Positions 47,156-57,400 of a stretch of DNA of 64,000 bases are shown in pieces. Numbering within the stretch: position 1 is the first letter of the stretch; each line of letters starts with the position of its first letter. The stretch lies in NCBI GenBank assembly GCA_002495675.1, contig DAGH01000002.1, forward strand, positions 24,259-88,258, given 5' to 3'. Source of the stretch: Euryarchaeota archaeon UBA182 (GTDB lineage Archaea > Thermoplasmatota > Poseidoniia > Poseidoniales > Thalassarchaeaceae). The position numbers and the translations under genes were made by a program. Under the pieces are notes generated by a model. The model did no database searches and was not told the DNA's origin. It saw only the letters and a list, made by a program, of their open reading frames with translations.

Positions 47156-47497
47156 ATGAGCGTCATCCTGTACGACAATCTCTGTGAGTTTTGCACAGCA
47201 TGGGCAAATTTCATCCAAAAGAGATCCAAAGGAAATGTCAGATTGGTCGGACAGGAGACTCAGGAAGGCCTTAAGATCCTAGAGTCTAAACCTGACAATT
47301 TAGAAGACGTTGATTCAGTATTCTTGGTTGATGATCGAGGTCACTGGTTCTCGAAGTCAACTGCTGCTCTGAGGATAGTCATGAAACTGAGATTTCCATG
47401 GCCAATTCTCTCTCTCGGTCTACTTGTGCCCAAGCAAGTCCGAGACTATGTATATGACGCATATGCCAAGCGGAGGTTCAGAGTCGGTGGCTTCTAG
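47156..47497 (+). CDS. DCC-family thiol-disulfide oxidoreductase (DUF393)
   Basis: ILYDNLCEFCTAWANFI is the DxxCxxC motif. Confidence 0.8.
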   Translation: MSVILYDNLCEFCTAWANFIQKRSKGNVRLVGQETQEGLKILESKPDNLEDVDSVFLVDDRGHWFSKSTAALRIVMKLRFPWPILSLGLLVPKQVRDYVYDAYAKRRFRVGGF

Positions 47498-47542
47498 ATT
47501 TCCTACGTTGGGTTCATGGAGTATACCCTGCACGGGTAGTCG

Positions 47543-48586
47543 TTGACAATACGTGAGGAAGGCTCTTCAGAAAAAAAAGGCCGGACTCAGAGATCTCCGA
47601 GTAGAGGAAGAAACTCAACTCGAGAGGGCACTGAGGCCATTCGGAGGGCTCTAGATAGATTCAGGGCCTCCCCCCTTCCCAAAGGTATACCAGAATCTAT
47701 CGAACCACCCCCAACAAAGATAGAGATAGATTGGAAGGTCAAAGGGGTGTCAAAGTCGGTTCAAGACAAAGTAAGTGAAATAGTCACTCGAAAAGGAGAG
47801 TTCGGTTACCTTCCGCAGGAAAGGGTCGACGAGATTGCCACCCAGATAGAGGGGATGAACATCACCCTTGAACAAGCACTTTCACTCAGAGCTGCATTGA
47901 ATCAAGAAAAGAGTGTATTTTCCCACGGCCGATTAATGAGGAGATCCAATGAGTTGAGGCGGAGATACGATCAGGGAGACAGTGTTCTCTCACTTTCCAA
48001 GCGGTTTGATGCCCCTCCTGTGAACACATTTCGGGCAATATTGACTGGAAGAGGATGGTCAAAAAACAGAATCAAGGAATCTCTAAAGTCTCCCCAGTCA
48101 AGACTCAAGCAAAGGGATTACGAGCAATTTCAACTCGCAGAAGATGCTGACAGAGTCAGTTCTGTGAACCAGAGCGAAACCCAATCCGCTGCCGAGGTCT
48201 TTGAGGAAATATTGTGTTCGCACTTCACCCAGCTGGGGGTTCGCTACAGAAAGCAAGGCGATTTGGAGGTTGAACAAAAGAAAAGCGAAGGGCGGGCTGT
48301 AATTACTCCGGATCTTCTGCTTCTTGATGATGTAAGGATAAATGGGATTCCATGTGCATGGATCGATGCAAAACATTTCTTTGGGGCTGCGTTAGGGTTC
48401 CCAAGGAAAAAGACACAAAAACAAGTCGATCGATATGTCGCAGAATATGGACATGGTGCAGTAGTTTACCGACACGGATTTTGTAGTTCATTGAGGTTGA
48501 GGGGGGCTATTCTCCTTGATGCATCACCATTGGACCTCTCTAAACTGGAATTCTTTCATGAAAAGAATCGTGAATCAGACTCTTGA
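47543..48586 (+). CDS. TPD-motif PD-(D/E)xK nuclease-like protein (CDIN1/C15orf41-like) with HTH-like middle region
   Basis: The C-terminus reads AEVFEEIL...AVITPDLLLLDD..INGIPCAWIDAKHFFGA...YVAEYGHGAVVYRHGF...GAILLD. This shows the TPD motif plus a D.K pattern of restriction-endonuclease-like folds. The N-terminus is basic and low-complexity. Confidence 0.5.
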   Translation: MTIREEGSSEKKGRTQRSPSRGRNSTREGTEAIRRALDRFRASPLPKGIPESIEPPPTKIEIDWKVKGVSKSVQDKVSEIVTRKGEFGYLPQERVDEIATQIEGMNITLEQALSLRAALNQEKSVFSHGRLMRRSNELRRRYDQGDSVLSLSKRFDAPPVNTFRAILTGRGWSKNRIKESLKSPQSRLKQRDYEQFQLAEDADRVSSVNQSETQSAAEVFEEILCSHFTQLGVRYRKQGDLEVEQKKSEGRAVITPDLLLLDDVRINGIPCAWIDAKHFFGAALGFPRKKTQKQVDRYVAEYGHGAVVYRHGFCSSLRLRGAILLDASPLDLSKLEFFHEKNRESDS

Positions 48587-49561
48587 TAAATTAGCCAATT
48601 TCACTCTTCGAAATAGTAAACCCGTTTCTGACAAAGCAGCTTCAATGATTCCAAGATTTACGGTTGACATCAAGTCATTGCGTGTAATTACGATGCTGTT
48701 CCCGAGTAGGCAGAGGGATGCAACAGCCTGTTCATCGGTTCTTGCTATCACCGAGTTAACAGCCTCCAGAAGGCCCCCTCGGCCCCCATCAGATAGGAGG
48801 CCGCTTTGCTCTACGAATGAACGTGCAGAAGAGAGGAGAATCGGCCAGCAACTAGGTCCCCACATGTCAACCAAAGAGAGCATCGAGGCCCTACCTGAGT
48901 CGCTAATACTCATTTTCCAGCCCAAGTCGTCAATGTATTCACTGGTATGATGTCCCTTTTCTTTTGGCCATACCAGAGTCATTTCCATGTCCTGGAACCA
49001 GCCCAATGCGACACCCGGGCCCTTTTGGAGCCCATCTCCGTGAAATGGCGCACCGGGCGAGGTTCTAATCTCCACTCCCCCGGCAGATATGCCCGTCACG
49101 TCCCCCAGTCCTGAGGAACTGAGTCGCTCCGCAATGTGAGCATGTAGGAGGGACCTTCTAAGGGATAACTCGTATTCTTCACCAATCGCTCTTTGTATAG
49201 CCCTCGAGGCTGCGATAGCAAGTGCTGCGGACATCCCAAAACCCTGTGAAGTTGGCAGATGGTTAGTCACCACTACGTCCCACTTCATCTTCCTTATCCG
49301 CGGCAGGTCTTGTGACACTACGTCAAATATACCCTTCACGATATCCTCCGATCCCTCGAATCCTCTGAAGCTGACATTCACCCCCCATTGTCCAACAACG
49401 CCCCTCACAGAGACCTTACAACCAGTATCAAGACACAAACCAGCTCCTCTGCTGCCTTGTAGATATGGTTCCATCTCACTGTCTTCCACGGTGAACAACA
49501 ACGTAACGTGGCCTCCGCAGGTCGCATGACCCATGGCAGGTATGCTCATCGCTTCGTTCAT
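48575..49561 (-). CDS. GHMP-family kinase, best guess archaeal pantoate kinase
   Basis: GHVTLLF...GSRGAGLCLDTG at the N-terminus. The GHMP motif PTSQGFGMSAALAIAASRA is present. Confidence 0.55.
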   Translation of the reverse strand: MNEAMSIPAMGHATCGGHVTLLFTVEDSEMEPYLQGSRGAGLCLDTGCKVSVRGVVGQWGVNVSFRGFEGSEDIVKGIFDVVSQDLPRIRKMKWDVVVTNHLPTSQGFGMSAALAIAASRAIQRAIGEEYELSLRRSLLHAHIAERLSSSGLGDVTGISAGGVEIRTSPGAPFHGDGLQKGPGVALGWFQDMEMTLVWPKEKGHHTSEYIDDLGWKMSISDSGRASMLSLVDMWGPSCWPILLSSARSFVEQSGLLSDGGRGGLLEAVNSVIARTDEQAVASLCLLGNSIVITRNDLMSTVNLGIIEAALSETGLLFRRVKLANLSRV

Positions 49562-49592
49562 CGAGAACTAGTCCTTGAATTGAACAGGTACT

Positions 49593-50582
49593 TCAAGCAA
49601 TGACGTGGTCGATGTCTTCTTTGATAGCGCTAAAGCGCTCTGCCAGTCTGTTGAAAGCAGCGTTCAGCGCCTCGGCGGGTGTCATTGACCCATCGGTCTC
49701 GAAGCTCAACAGGTATTCCCCCTTGACGTCCTCGAGTGTTATCGCGTCGTCAAAATCATCGGACAGGCCCGTCCCTGGACCCACGTTGTGCATGTCTTTC
49801 TTGAGATCAGAGACTTTGTGAACATCTTCCAGCTTGCCGTCTTTGAAGTCCTTCTTTGAGATTCTCAGACCCATGTCAAAAAGGGTCTTTGCTCTCTTAT
49901 CGTTCGATATAGATGCGATCTGCCTGGGCTCAAATGTGACGCCCGCAGTTGTTGACCACTTGGCATGGTTGACACCATACCCCATTCTAGCCGTGGCCCA
50001 GAGCTCAATCATCTGCCCTTCATGCAGTGTGGTTATCGGTATGTCTCTGTAAGCTTCCGGAACGTTACCTGAATCGTCACCAAGGAAGGTAAGATCACGG
50101 GCAGTAATCGTCCTTCCACCCTTTGCCCCAAAGGCGCGAAGTGTGTAGATCATGTTGCATGTTGGGCAACCCCTGTCCTCATCAACAAGATCTTTGCAGT
50201 CTGGACAACTCTCTTCAAAGGAATATGCCTCAATGTCGGTCGGAACCGGAATCATGGCGAGCCTTTGAGCGATCATCTCATCGGGAATGGCATAGTTCGT
50301 TTCCCATACGATGTAGTCCTCATCTTCTTTTTCGAACGCGGCTTCACATTTCGAGCATCCTGTGCCGCCAGCCGTTCTACGTGCTACGCCTGCTGGATTC
50401 AGGTGCTCACATTTGACGCATTGATCGTATGTCCCCATTTGGAACCTAACGGTGTCGATTGCCATTTTGGGTATGTGACCCATGAGATTTCGCCTCACAG
50501 CATTCAACATTGCCCTGTCCGAGTCCTTGAACAGGACAGTTATCATGTCATCTTCTTGAGAAATTATTTCTACTGATACCAT
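49593..50582 (-). CDS. rpoD: DNA-directed RNA polymerase subunit D (Rpo3) with extra Cys4 modules
   Basis: MLNAVRRNLMGHIPKMAID, IPDEMIAQRLAMIPV, and a dimerisation helix at the C-terminus. It sits in the S13-S4-S11-Rpo3 operon position. Size is 329 aa. Confidence 0.85.
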   Translation of the reverse strand: MVSVEIISQEDDMITVLFKDSDRAMLNAVRRNLMGHIPKMAIDTVRFQMGTYDQCVKCEHLNPAGVARRTAGGTGCSKCEAAFEKEDEDYIVWETNYAIPDEMIAQRLAMIPVPTDIEAYSFEESCPDCKDLVDEDRGCPTCNMIYTLRAFGAKGGRTITARDLTFLGDDSGNVPEAYRDIPITTLHEGQMIELWATARMGYGVNHAKWSTTAGVTFEPRQIASISNDKRAKTLFDMGLRISKKDFKDGKLEDVHKVSDLKKDMHNVGPGTGLSDDFDDAITLEDVKGEYLLSFETDGSMTPAEALNAAFNRLAERFSAIKEDIDHVIA

Positions 50583-50591
50583 ACAATCACC

Positions 50592-50975
50592 TCAAACTCG
50601 ACGACCACGCCGCCCCCCTTTCTTTTTTGTTCCATCTGTGGGAATAGGGGTCACATCTTCGATCCTAGAGACCTGTACGCCGGCGCGAGTTAGCGCTCTG
50701 ATGGCAGCCGTAGCACCAGGTGCATTTGGAGATCGATTGCCACCTGCACCCCGATACTTCACGATGACCTGATCGAATTCCTTCTCAAACAACAATTCAG
50801 CCATTCTCTCAGCGGATCTCATCGCAGCGAACTGACTGCTCTTGTCACTGCCTTTCTTGGTGATCATGCCCCCGGATACCTTTCCGATGGTTTCTGCTCC
50901 CGTCAAATCAGTAGCAGTCATCAGTACGTTGTTGTAGGTCGTGAAGATGTGTAGAACGGCCTTCCTCCCCATCAT
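50592..50975 (-). CDS. rps11: 30S ribosomal protein S11 (uS11)
   Basis: [18 protein letters not shown]...[20 protein letters not shown]...[12 protein letters not shown]. Confidence 0.95.
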   Translation of the reverse strand: MMGRKAVLHIFTTYNNVLMTATDLTGAETIGKVSGGMITKKGSDKSSQFAAMRSAERMAELLFEKEFDQVIVKYRGAGGNRSPNAPGATAAIRALTRAGVQVSRIEDVTPIPTDGTKKKGGRRGRRV

Positions 50976-51640
50976 TCTCCCTCCTTGGGAATGGTATCTT
51001 CAATTGTCGGGGCGCTCTCAGCATCAGCCTTGATCTGTTCCACGAACTCCGCATCAGCATCGGGCTGATCTTGATCGTCAGAGGAAGATCCTGGCATCCG
51101 CCTCTCTTCCATTTCTTTCCTGAAAGCATGCTTCGGATCAATGTAGGGCGAACCCGGAGAGTAGCCCAGCTCTTCTTCTTCGGAGCGGAGGATTTTGTAG
51201 CCAGGCACAGTCATTCTCTGATCTCCGATTGAGATGTGGCCATGGACTATCAGGGACCTCGCTGATCGCATTGATGGAGCTAGGCCCTTGAAGTAAACCA
51301 CGGATTGCAGCCTTCTAGAAAGCATCTGTTCGACTGTGATTGATAGTACGTCATCAAGAGTCGAATCCTCGTGCAATAGACCCTTTCTGTTTAATGAGAC
51401 CAGCAGATCTTCTTTCTCACGAGCATAGTGCCCCTCTGTCGAGTCAACACGACCAATTAGTTTCATTGCTTGGTTCCTGTGTCTTCTGAGGGCAGTTTTT
51501 TCTCTCCATATCTCTTTCATTCCGCCTATTTTCTTGAGGCCGAATTGTTCTTTCAATCGATGCTCCTCTTCGATCCTAGCCTCTTTCCAGGGGTGTGTGG
51601 GGCGGTCTGTCTTAGGGCGAGCGAACTTAGGATGTCCCAT
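50972..51640 (-). CDS. rps4: 30S ribosomal protein S4 (uS4) with an acidic C-terminal tail
   Basis: [10 protein letters not shown]..., [16 protein letters not shown]...[12 protein letters not shown] forms the S4 domain. About 45 extra acidic residues sit at the C-terminus. Confidence 0.9.
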   Translation of the reverse strand: MGHPKFARPKTDRPTHPWKEARIEEEHRLKEQFGLKKIGGMKEIWREKTALRRHRNQAMKLIGRVDSTEGHYAREKEDLLVSLNRKGLLHEDSTLDDVLSITVEQMLSRRLQSVVYFKGLAPSMRSARSLIVHGHISIGDQRMTVPGYKILRSEEEELGYSPGSPYIDPKHAFRKEMEERRMPGSSSDDQDQPDADAEFVEQIKADAESAPTIEDTIPKEGE

Positions 51641-51651
51641 TCTTGATCACC

Positions 51652-52119
51652 TCACTTCTTCCTCTCAACGCCGAGTGTAGCACCACGCCTGCCGTTTGAT
51701 CTTAGCCGCTGGCCTCTGAGCTTGTGACCGGATCTGTGTCGGATTCCCCTGTAGCTTTTCGTTGCGGCAAGCCGCGCAACGTCTTCGTCTTTGGTTAGTC
51801 TCACATCCATTGAAACCAAGTGAGCATCCTCGTTCGTGAGTAGATCTCGTTGACGGTTCACCATCCACCATGGGACCTTAGTTGCAAACTCGTCTATGGC
51901 AGATCTGAGTTTATTCTGGTCCTCGTCGCCAAGATGGCCAGAGAGCATCCCAGGGTCTACACCAGCAATTTTACAGATCTGCTCGGCACTTCGCTCCCCT
52001 ATACCTTTGATAGAAGTGAGTCCTTGTTTCACTTGCTTTAGGCCATCTATGTCGCTGTCTGCTATTCTGATTATGTAGGAGAAGTCTTCTCCCAATTGGC
52101 TCTCGTCTATCTTTGCCAT
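51652..52119 (-). CDS. rps13: 30S ribosomal protein S13 (uS13)
   Basis: IIRIADSDIDG...LTSIKGIGERSA..., YRGIRHRSGHKLRGQR. Confidence 0.95.
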   Translation of the reverse strand: MAKIDESQLGEDFSYIIRIADSDIDGLKQVKQGLTSIKGIGERSAEQICKIAGVDPGMLSGHLGDEDQNKLRSAIDEFATKVPWWMVNRQRDLLTNEDAHLVSMDVRLTKDEDVARLAATKSYRGIRHRSGHKLRGQRLRSNGRRGATLGVERKK

Positions 52120-52138
52120 GTATCGGTTCCCCCGTGTT

Positions 52139-52170
52139 CACTGGTCGTCCAGTGGCCCTCTCGAGCGGGT
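52139..52170 (-). promoter_or_regulatory. Two adjacent hairpins in the S13-operon leader
   Basis: CACTGG-TCGT-CCAGTG lies at 52139-52154. A GCCC/GGGT stem lies at 52155-52170 around a CTCGAG-containing loop. A TATA-like CATAAATGG sits about 30 nt upstream on the minus strand. Confidence 0.3.
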
Positions 52171-52213
52171 CTCCGACCTGCATGCCATTTATGAATGGAA
52201 CGGAGGTTCAAAC

Positions 52214-53431
52214 TTACAATTCTCTGCAGAGGACGAGATCCTGAGACCCACCGTCATCGATTAAGAAACCGGTACTTCCATGAACTTGACCCATTATTTG
52301 CCTTAGTCTGTCAGTTATTCTCGTATGTAGACGAGGTTCTGAGGAGCAACGTATCTGAATGGTTCCCACACCGTTCTTCATGGCTAACGCGGCCAGAGAG
52401 TCTATTGACATCAGATCCAACTTAGATGGAAACCTTCCGACCACTACCCCCTGGACCACCACGAAAGGCCGAACTTCTGACTCTGACTGGACACCATCCT
52501 GAAGAAGAGCTAGGGGCCTCCTTTCCGATTTCCCAATCCAAACCAACTCTCCAGGAGCATATCCCGCATATTTCTCAAACACACCTCTGAGTCCTGACTT
52601 TGGTACAACCGGGTCGATCAAAGCTACTAGGTCCCCTGTGCATAGTTTGTAATCTGACCAACCCATGTCAAACGAATCAAGCTCATTCCCATTATCGATT
52701 AATGTGGAAAAGCTGCCATTATTCCATAGACGGACAGCCCTTGAGACCGACCCAACATTCGCCAATGGACCAGTTTGCAGGCAAAGCCTGTCAACTCGCC
52801 CCCCGCCCCTGCTGAGCCACTCCCATGTCATGGCCGTACTGGGGAAAACCCCCGATACTATATGCTCTATCTCCGACATTTGTTGCGAGGCTAACCTAGG
52901 GGATAGATCCAATGCCATCGCAGGCCCATTGGGTCCAACATGAATGTACTTTGACCAGGCCTCTAGCAACACCTTCAGCGGAGGTTGCATTTCCGACACT
53001 GAGTGGTTTTGAGTATCCATCGGTCGGGCTGGATCCACGTGTAGCATGCAAATCGATGTTTGTCCGGTTCTAGATTCCACAATACTCATGACTCCGTGCG
53101 CGTCAGTCCCGTCCCCACAAATGGCGATAACTGAGCTGTTGACGGTGGCCCCCGAGAATTGATAAGCACAGAAATCGGCACGCTGGGGAGACAGTTCAAC
53201 ACCTGCGCAAGGCCTGTTTAGATACTTACTGTAAGCCAAGAGCTGCCCGCCTGAACCTGCTGCCGGATCTAGGACAACCCCTTCTGGCAAATCTGACTTG
53301 GATGCAATTTTGGCTCTGTATTCGGACACCGACTTGGGGGTCACTAGTCTACGGACTTCCCTTTTGAGTGCGCGCGGATCAACGTCTAGATCTGCAGACT
53401 CCACTAATTTGTGACCAGTTCCAAAAGTCAT
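52214..53431 (-). CDS. Class I SAM-dependent methyltransferase with a C-terminal uncharacterised domain
   Basis: VVLDPAAGSGGQLL (motif I), GVELSP and LHVDPARP (motif IV-like). The substrate is unknown. Confidence 0.6.
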   Translation of the reverse strand: MTFGTGHKLVESADLDVDPRALKREVRRLVTPKSVSEYRAKIASKSDLPEGVVLDPAAGSGGQLLAYSKYLNRPCAGVELSPQRADFCAYQFSGATVNSSVIAICGDGTDAHGVMSIVESRTGQTSICMLHVDPARPMDTQNHSVSEMQPPLKVLLEAWSKYIHVGPNGPAMALDLSPRLASQQMSEIEHIVSGVFPSTAMTWEWLSRGGGRVDRLCLQTGPLANVGSVSRAVRLWNNGSFSTLIDNGNELDSFDMGWSDYKLCTGDLVALIDPVVPKSGLRGVFEKYAGYAPGELVWIGKSERRPLALLQDGVQSESEVRPFVVVQGVVVGRFPSKLDLMSIDSLAALAMKNGVGTIQIRCSSEPRLHTRITDRLRQIMGQVHGSTGFLIDDGGSQDLVLCREL

Positions 53432-53445
53432 ATCGAAACCCAGTA

Positions 53446-54405
53446 TTAAGTTAGAGGTCCACGGTTTATTTCAAGCTCAAACCGAAGCCATCGATCTTTC
53501 AATTCGTCATCGCTATTCCCGTAAGCAAGAGAGGGGGGCAATAAGGTGACATGGGATGTCCCGGAACTTATCCCCGGCAGAAGCCCTCTGTCGCTGTCAA
53601 TATCCAACCCTATTGCAGACCAACCGAATCCCTCGATCCATGCCGGATCGTCTCCTGCTGTGACAAGAAGGTCGCCCTCATCCAGTTGCTCATCTGTGTC
53701 AGCATCCCAGACCCTGTAATTTACCTCAATTTGGTCTCCATCTTCTACATGAATGTCCCTTGGCTGCGCACCCGCATACACGGTTAGATCCAGAATTACT
53801 TGGGCCTCCATTACCTGAAGATGAGACACGATAATCTGGACATTGTGCTCAGTGACTTCCTCAATTAATTCGAGCTCTAGTACTACAGAGTCATTCGCCT
53901 CTAAGTCAGTCATCGTGAGATCCGGCTCACCACCTTCTCCGAAAACGATCGAGCCCCCGATAATCTCGAGAACAAGGTCGAGGGACTGACTGCCTCTATT
54001 GTGGATTGCCAGCGAGGCCCTATCGCCTTCTCCTTGGTGCTCCCAATCACAGCGCACTTCTCCCGGCAGAAGGAAGAGGTCATCTTGTTCAGACAGAACG
54101 TCTGGCCAACTCCAATCGTCTTGCCTTGGATCGCAGGTATCGTACAGGAGAATAGCCTCCCAATACCACCTCTCCGATTCAGGGTCCTGAATCAATGACC
54201 TGTCAGTAGCATCAAAAGCGTCTTGATTCATATCGAGAAATTTCCAAGCACTGTACCCGACAATCAATGTTGAGATGAATATGAGCGCTATCATTGACAA
54301 AGAAAGCAAAATGGCAGCTCTTGGTATGGCCATTCTGTTGATCCCGAGAGGAACCGTGGGATGCTCGATTTCCTCGGCTGTGTCCGAGATCCAAGGGCCT
54401 GTCAC
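53446..54405 (-). CDS. N-terminally anchored, acidic extracytoplasmic protein of unknown function
   Basis: A single transmembrane helix (AAILLSLSMIALIFISTLIVGY) is followed by about 260 acidic residues. It lies directly downstream of the giant membrane protein on the same strand. Confidence 0.45.
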   Translation of the reverse strand: MTGPWISDTAEEIEHPTVPLGINRMAIPRAAILLSLSMIALIFISTLIVGYSAWKFLDMNQDAFDATDRSLIQDPESERWYWEAILLYDTCDPRQDDWSWPDVLSEQDDLFLLPGEVRCDWEHQGEGDRASLAIHNRGSQSLDLVLEIIGGSIVFGEGGEPDLTMTDLEANDSVVLELELIEEVTEHNVQIIVSHLQVMEAQVILDLTVYAGAQPRDIHVEDGDQIEVNYRVWDADTDEQLDEGDLLVTAGDDPAWIEGFGWSAIGLDIDSDRGLLPGISSGTSHVTLLPPSLAYGNSDDELKDRWLRFELEINRGPLT

Positions 54406-54457
54406 AGGACTATGAAGACATCCGCTGCAATCAACATTCGCCCGAAGTGATTACTAA

Positions 54458-57400
54458 TTAATCGATTTCGAGCAAATCCATGTTCCTCTGGCTGAGCCAC
54501 AGAACTATTGCCAATTCCGCCGAGAGGAAGATTGTCAATATCAGTAGCCAAGTGCCGCTCATCGAAGATAGCCAGATCATTATTCCGATAATCATTGCAA
54601 TTGATAAGTCGATCAAACCTGTGATCCGCAACCCCCTCCTGAGTCTTGTGACGCCTTGTGTCCATGTGATGGAGGATATGGCAATCAAGGCAATTACTCC
54701 GATTTCGAGGTTGAAGATGAAGAAGGATGCCGCTACAAGCAATATGTGAGTATTTTGAACTGATACGACGCTCCACCTGTCTAGATCGACAAATGCCCCA
54801 AAGAAGAGTATGGCTGAGAATAACGCTAACTCGACGATAACGATGGCATCTCCAACTAAAGTTGTGAACGGGAGCACCGGTTCGATTGACAAGAACGATA
54901 TGGGCAAAAGCAAGGATATTATCCCCGCTTCCTTTTCCCTCTTCCCACGCACAGAGCTTGCGACCCCCCTGATTACCGCGATCAGGCCAGCTGGGCCCCA
55001 TGACAAGAGCAGGACAGAGGAAGCGAAACCAACCTCACTCATTCCGCTTCTGGCCCTCTCGGCCGGACTTCTGTAGTCCACTATCACGTCCATCAAAATC
55101 GATAGAAGGAGTACAGTTTCAAGCATCAAGAAGGGATATGTCCAAGATACGAGCGATCCATCGAAAGGGTCAACACTGAGGGGGGCTGGAAGGGACCCAA
55201 TCATCGCAAAACCCGCTAACCTAGTCGCGGCTAGCGGGAATACTATCCAATTTATCAGAGATCTCTTCGAATCAACTCCCCTCTCCCCGTTCGCCAGACT
55301 TGCTGCGCCCAGAACAATCACGATTGCGATAGCCATCCCGAAGTCTAGTAGGTCATTTACTGACGATGCTGGGTTAAGATGACCAAAGACAACCGCGGAA
55401 CACACCCCAATTACTGCGATTGAATGCGTCACATCTGAACCAAGAGCACTGGCAACTCGTACCTCTATCCGGCGAGACCTCAAGCCCTCTAAGGCCACGA
55501 TAGTGGCTAAGAATGCACCAATCGCTAGGATCAACAGAGGCTCCGGACCAAGGATCAGTGAATAGAGTCCCAATGCGGCTGAGCTTATGACGATAACAAC
55601 AATCGCTAGGACAGGGTAATGTCGAACCTCATTAATGTAGGCCTCACCAATATTCCCCGAACTACTCATCATTTTGCTTCTCTCAGCAATTGGCAGGTGG
55701 ACGCTATGCTGGTGACCCTTCTCCTCGAATTCATTCACCTCGTGCGTACGCCTTGATTTCTCAGTTGATGAACGCAACTCTCTGAGTATCTCGCCCCTGG
55801 TCACAAACCACACTGAAGTAAAGGCAAAAAGGACGACTGAGAGCCAAATCATTTCCCTCCTACCATCTAAGATGGACAGCACGAAGACCATAGTTGAATG
55901 AGAAATTAAGACTGTCGACAGAGGGAGTATCTTCACTTGTGATCTAGTTCTGAGTGCCCCTACAAACACTGAAGCCCCCATGATGGCCACCACGCATTGC
56001 ACGGGATCCGGAAGCCATGGTATCGTCGAACTGAAGCCATTTCCAACTACAGGGAATAATGTCAAAACGGGTCCAGATTGTACAACCATCACCAACCAAT
56101 CCTCTTCTGGATTCCAATTTCCAACCATAAGAGGGATGAATAACGAGATCCCAACTACGAGGATAATAATTGAAGCATCTCCACCAACCCATTGGAGGAG
56201 AACTCCCCCAATCCCGATCGTGATTGGTATGAGAGTGGTCGATGGGATGCGGATTCCAGTTATGGAAGAAATCGAGTGTACACACGATATCACAGCAAAA
56301 ACAAGAGCAGCTTCTATTGCGCCGATCTGTCCGCTCAAAGATAAGACAACACTGCTGACTAAAGGTATCCACAAAGCTAGATTCCAGAGGTTGAAGATTT
56401 CCGTTTGCTTGATCGTCGCAGTCATCTCCGAGGTCCCTGCTAACCCAGAGGACACGTTCAACGAGGCTTCCTTGAATGAGGAGCAGACCCATGCCCCGCA
56501 GATTGAACTCAGAGCGAGGTAGAACACGAATACATCAGCACCAATTTCTAGTGAATAGGATCCACCGGTCCCATCATTCCCATTCCGCAGCGAGATAGTT
56601 TCTATGATTTCGTAGATTGCCACCATGATGGTCGGCCATAACCACGGAGTCAGAACTGCCACCCCTGCGAGGGAGGCAGATTTCCTCCTGATGGACAGCA
56701 ATCCTCCTGCGATATGTATCAGTGAAAGAGCACTGATCAAGAATAACATCCGATATTCCGTCGATTCGTCTAGTGGAGTGACAACTAGGACCAACAATGT
56801 CAATCCTATTGAACCAGTCCAGAGAACAGTGTCACTTACTATTCCTTGGTATTTTGCGAGCAAGAAAAACAATGACGCACCACCACCAATGGAAAACACC
56901 CAGTAGGAATCCAAAACAGCATTCATGATCCCAGATTCGAAGAGTATCGTGACAACTGAAAGAAGGAGTATTGATGCCCCTGCCGTCATGAAAACTTCAC
57001 GTTTTGGAGAACCTCTCACAACTAAGTAGGACGGAAAATAACACAATGAAAGAAGAACAATTATGGCAAAAGCGAATGATATGTCTTGTCGAATTGACCC
57101 AATTGTCAAGAAGGCGCCAGTCAACGACAGAACCACAGAAACCCCCCAAAGCCCAGGTTTGCCGACTCCAAGAATCTCCAGTGCCTCAGAAAACCAATTT
57201 TTTGACTTTGCAAACTTAGTTGCTACATACGCATTGGCCATGTTGACCGATGTGATGGCGATGAATAACTTCAGGGGATGTTGCAAGCCAACAACAGTCA
57301 GTGAACCCAAGTCAAAACCCCCGGTAATGACGTGCATCCCAAACCAAATGTTGGATGAGACTATGCCGAGTGAAGCGAGATTACCTGAGGATCTGTGAAT

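Noticed and set aside
54402-56522. ORFs 54402-55001 (minus), 55944-56492 (minus) and 55980-56522 (plus) inside or overlapping the giant membrane gene
   Set aside because: They are alternative frames of a long, continuous, consistently hydrophobic ORF. Their compositions (Arg/His/Cys-rich) are not protein-like.
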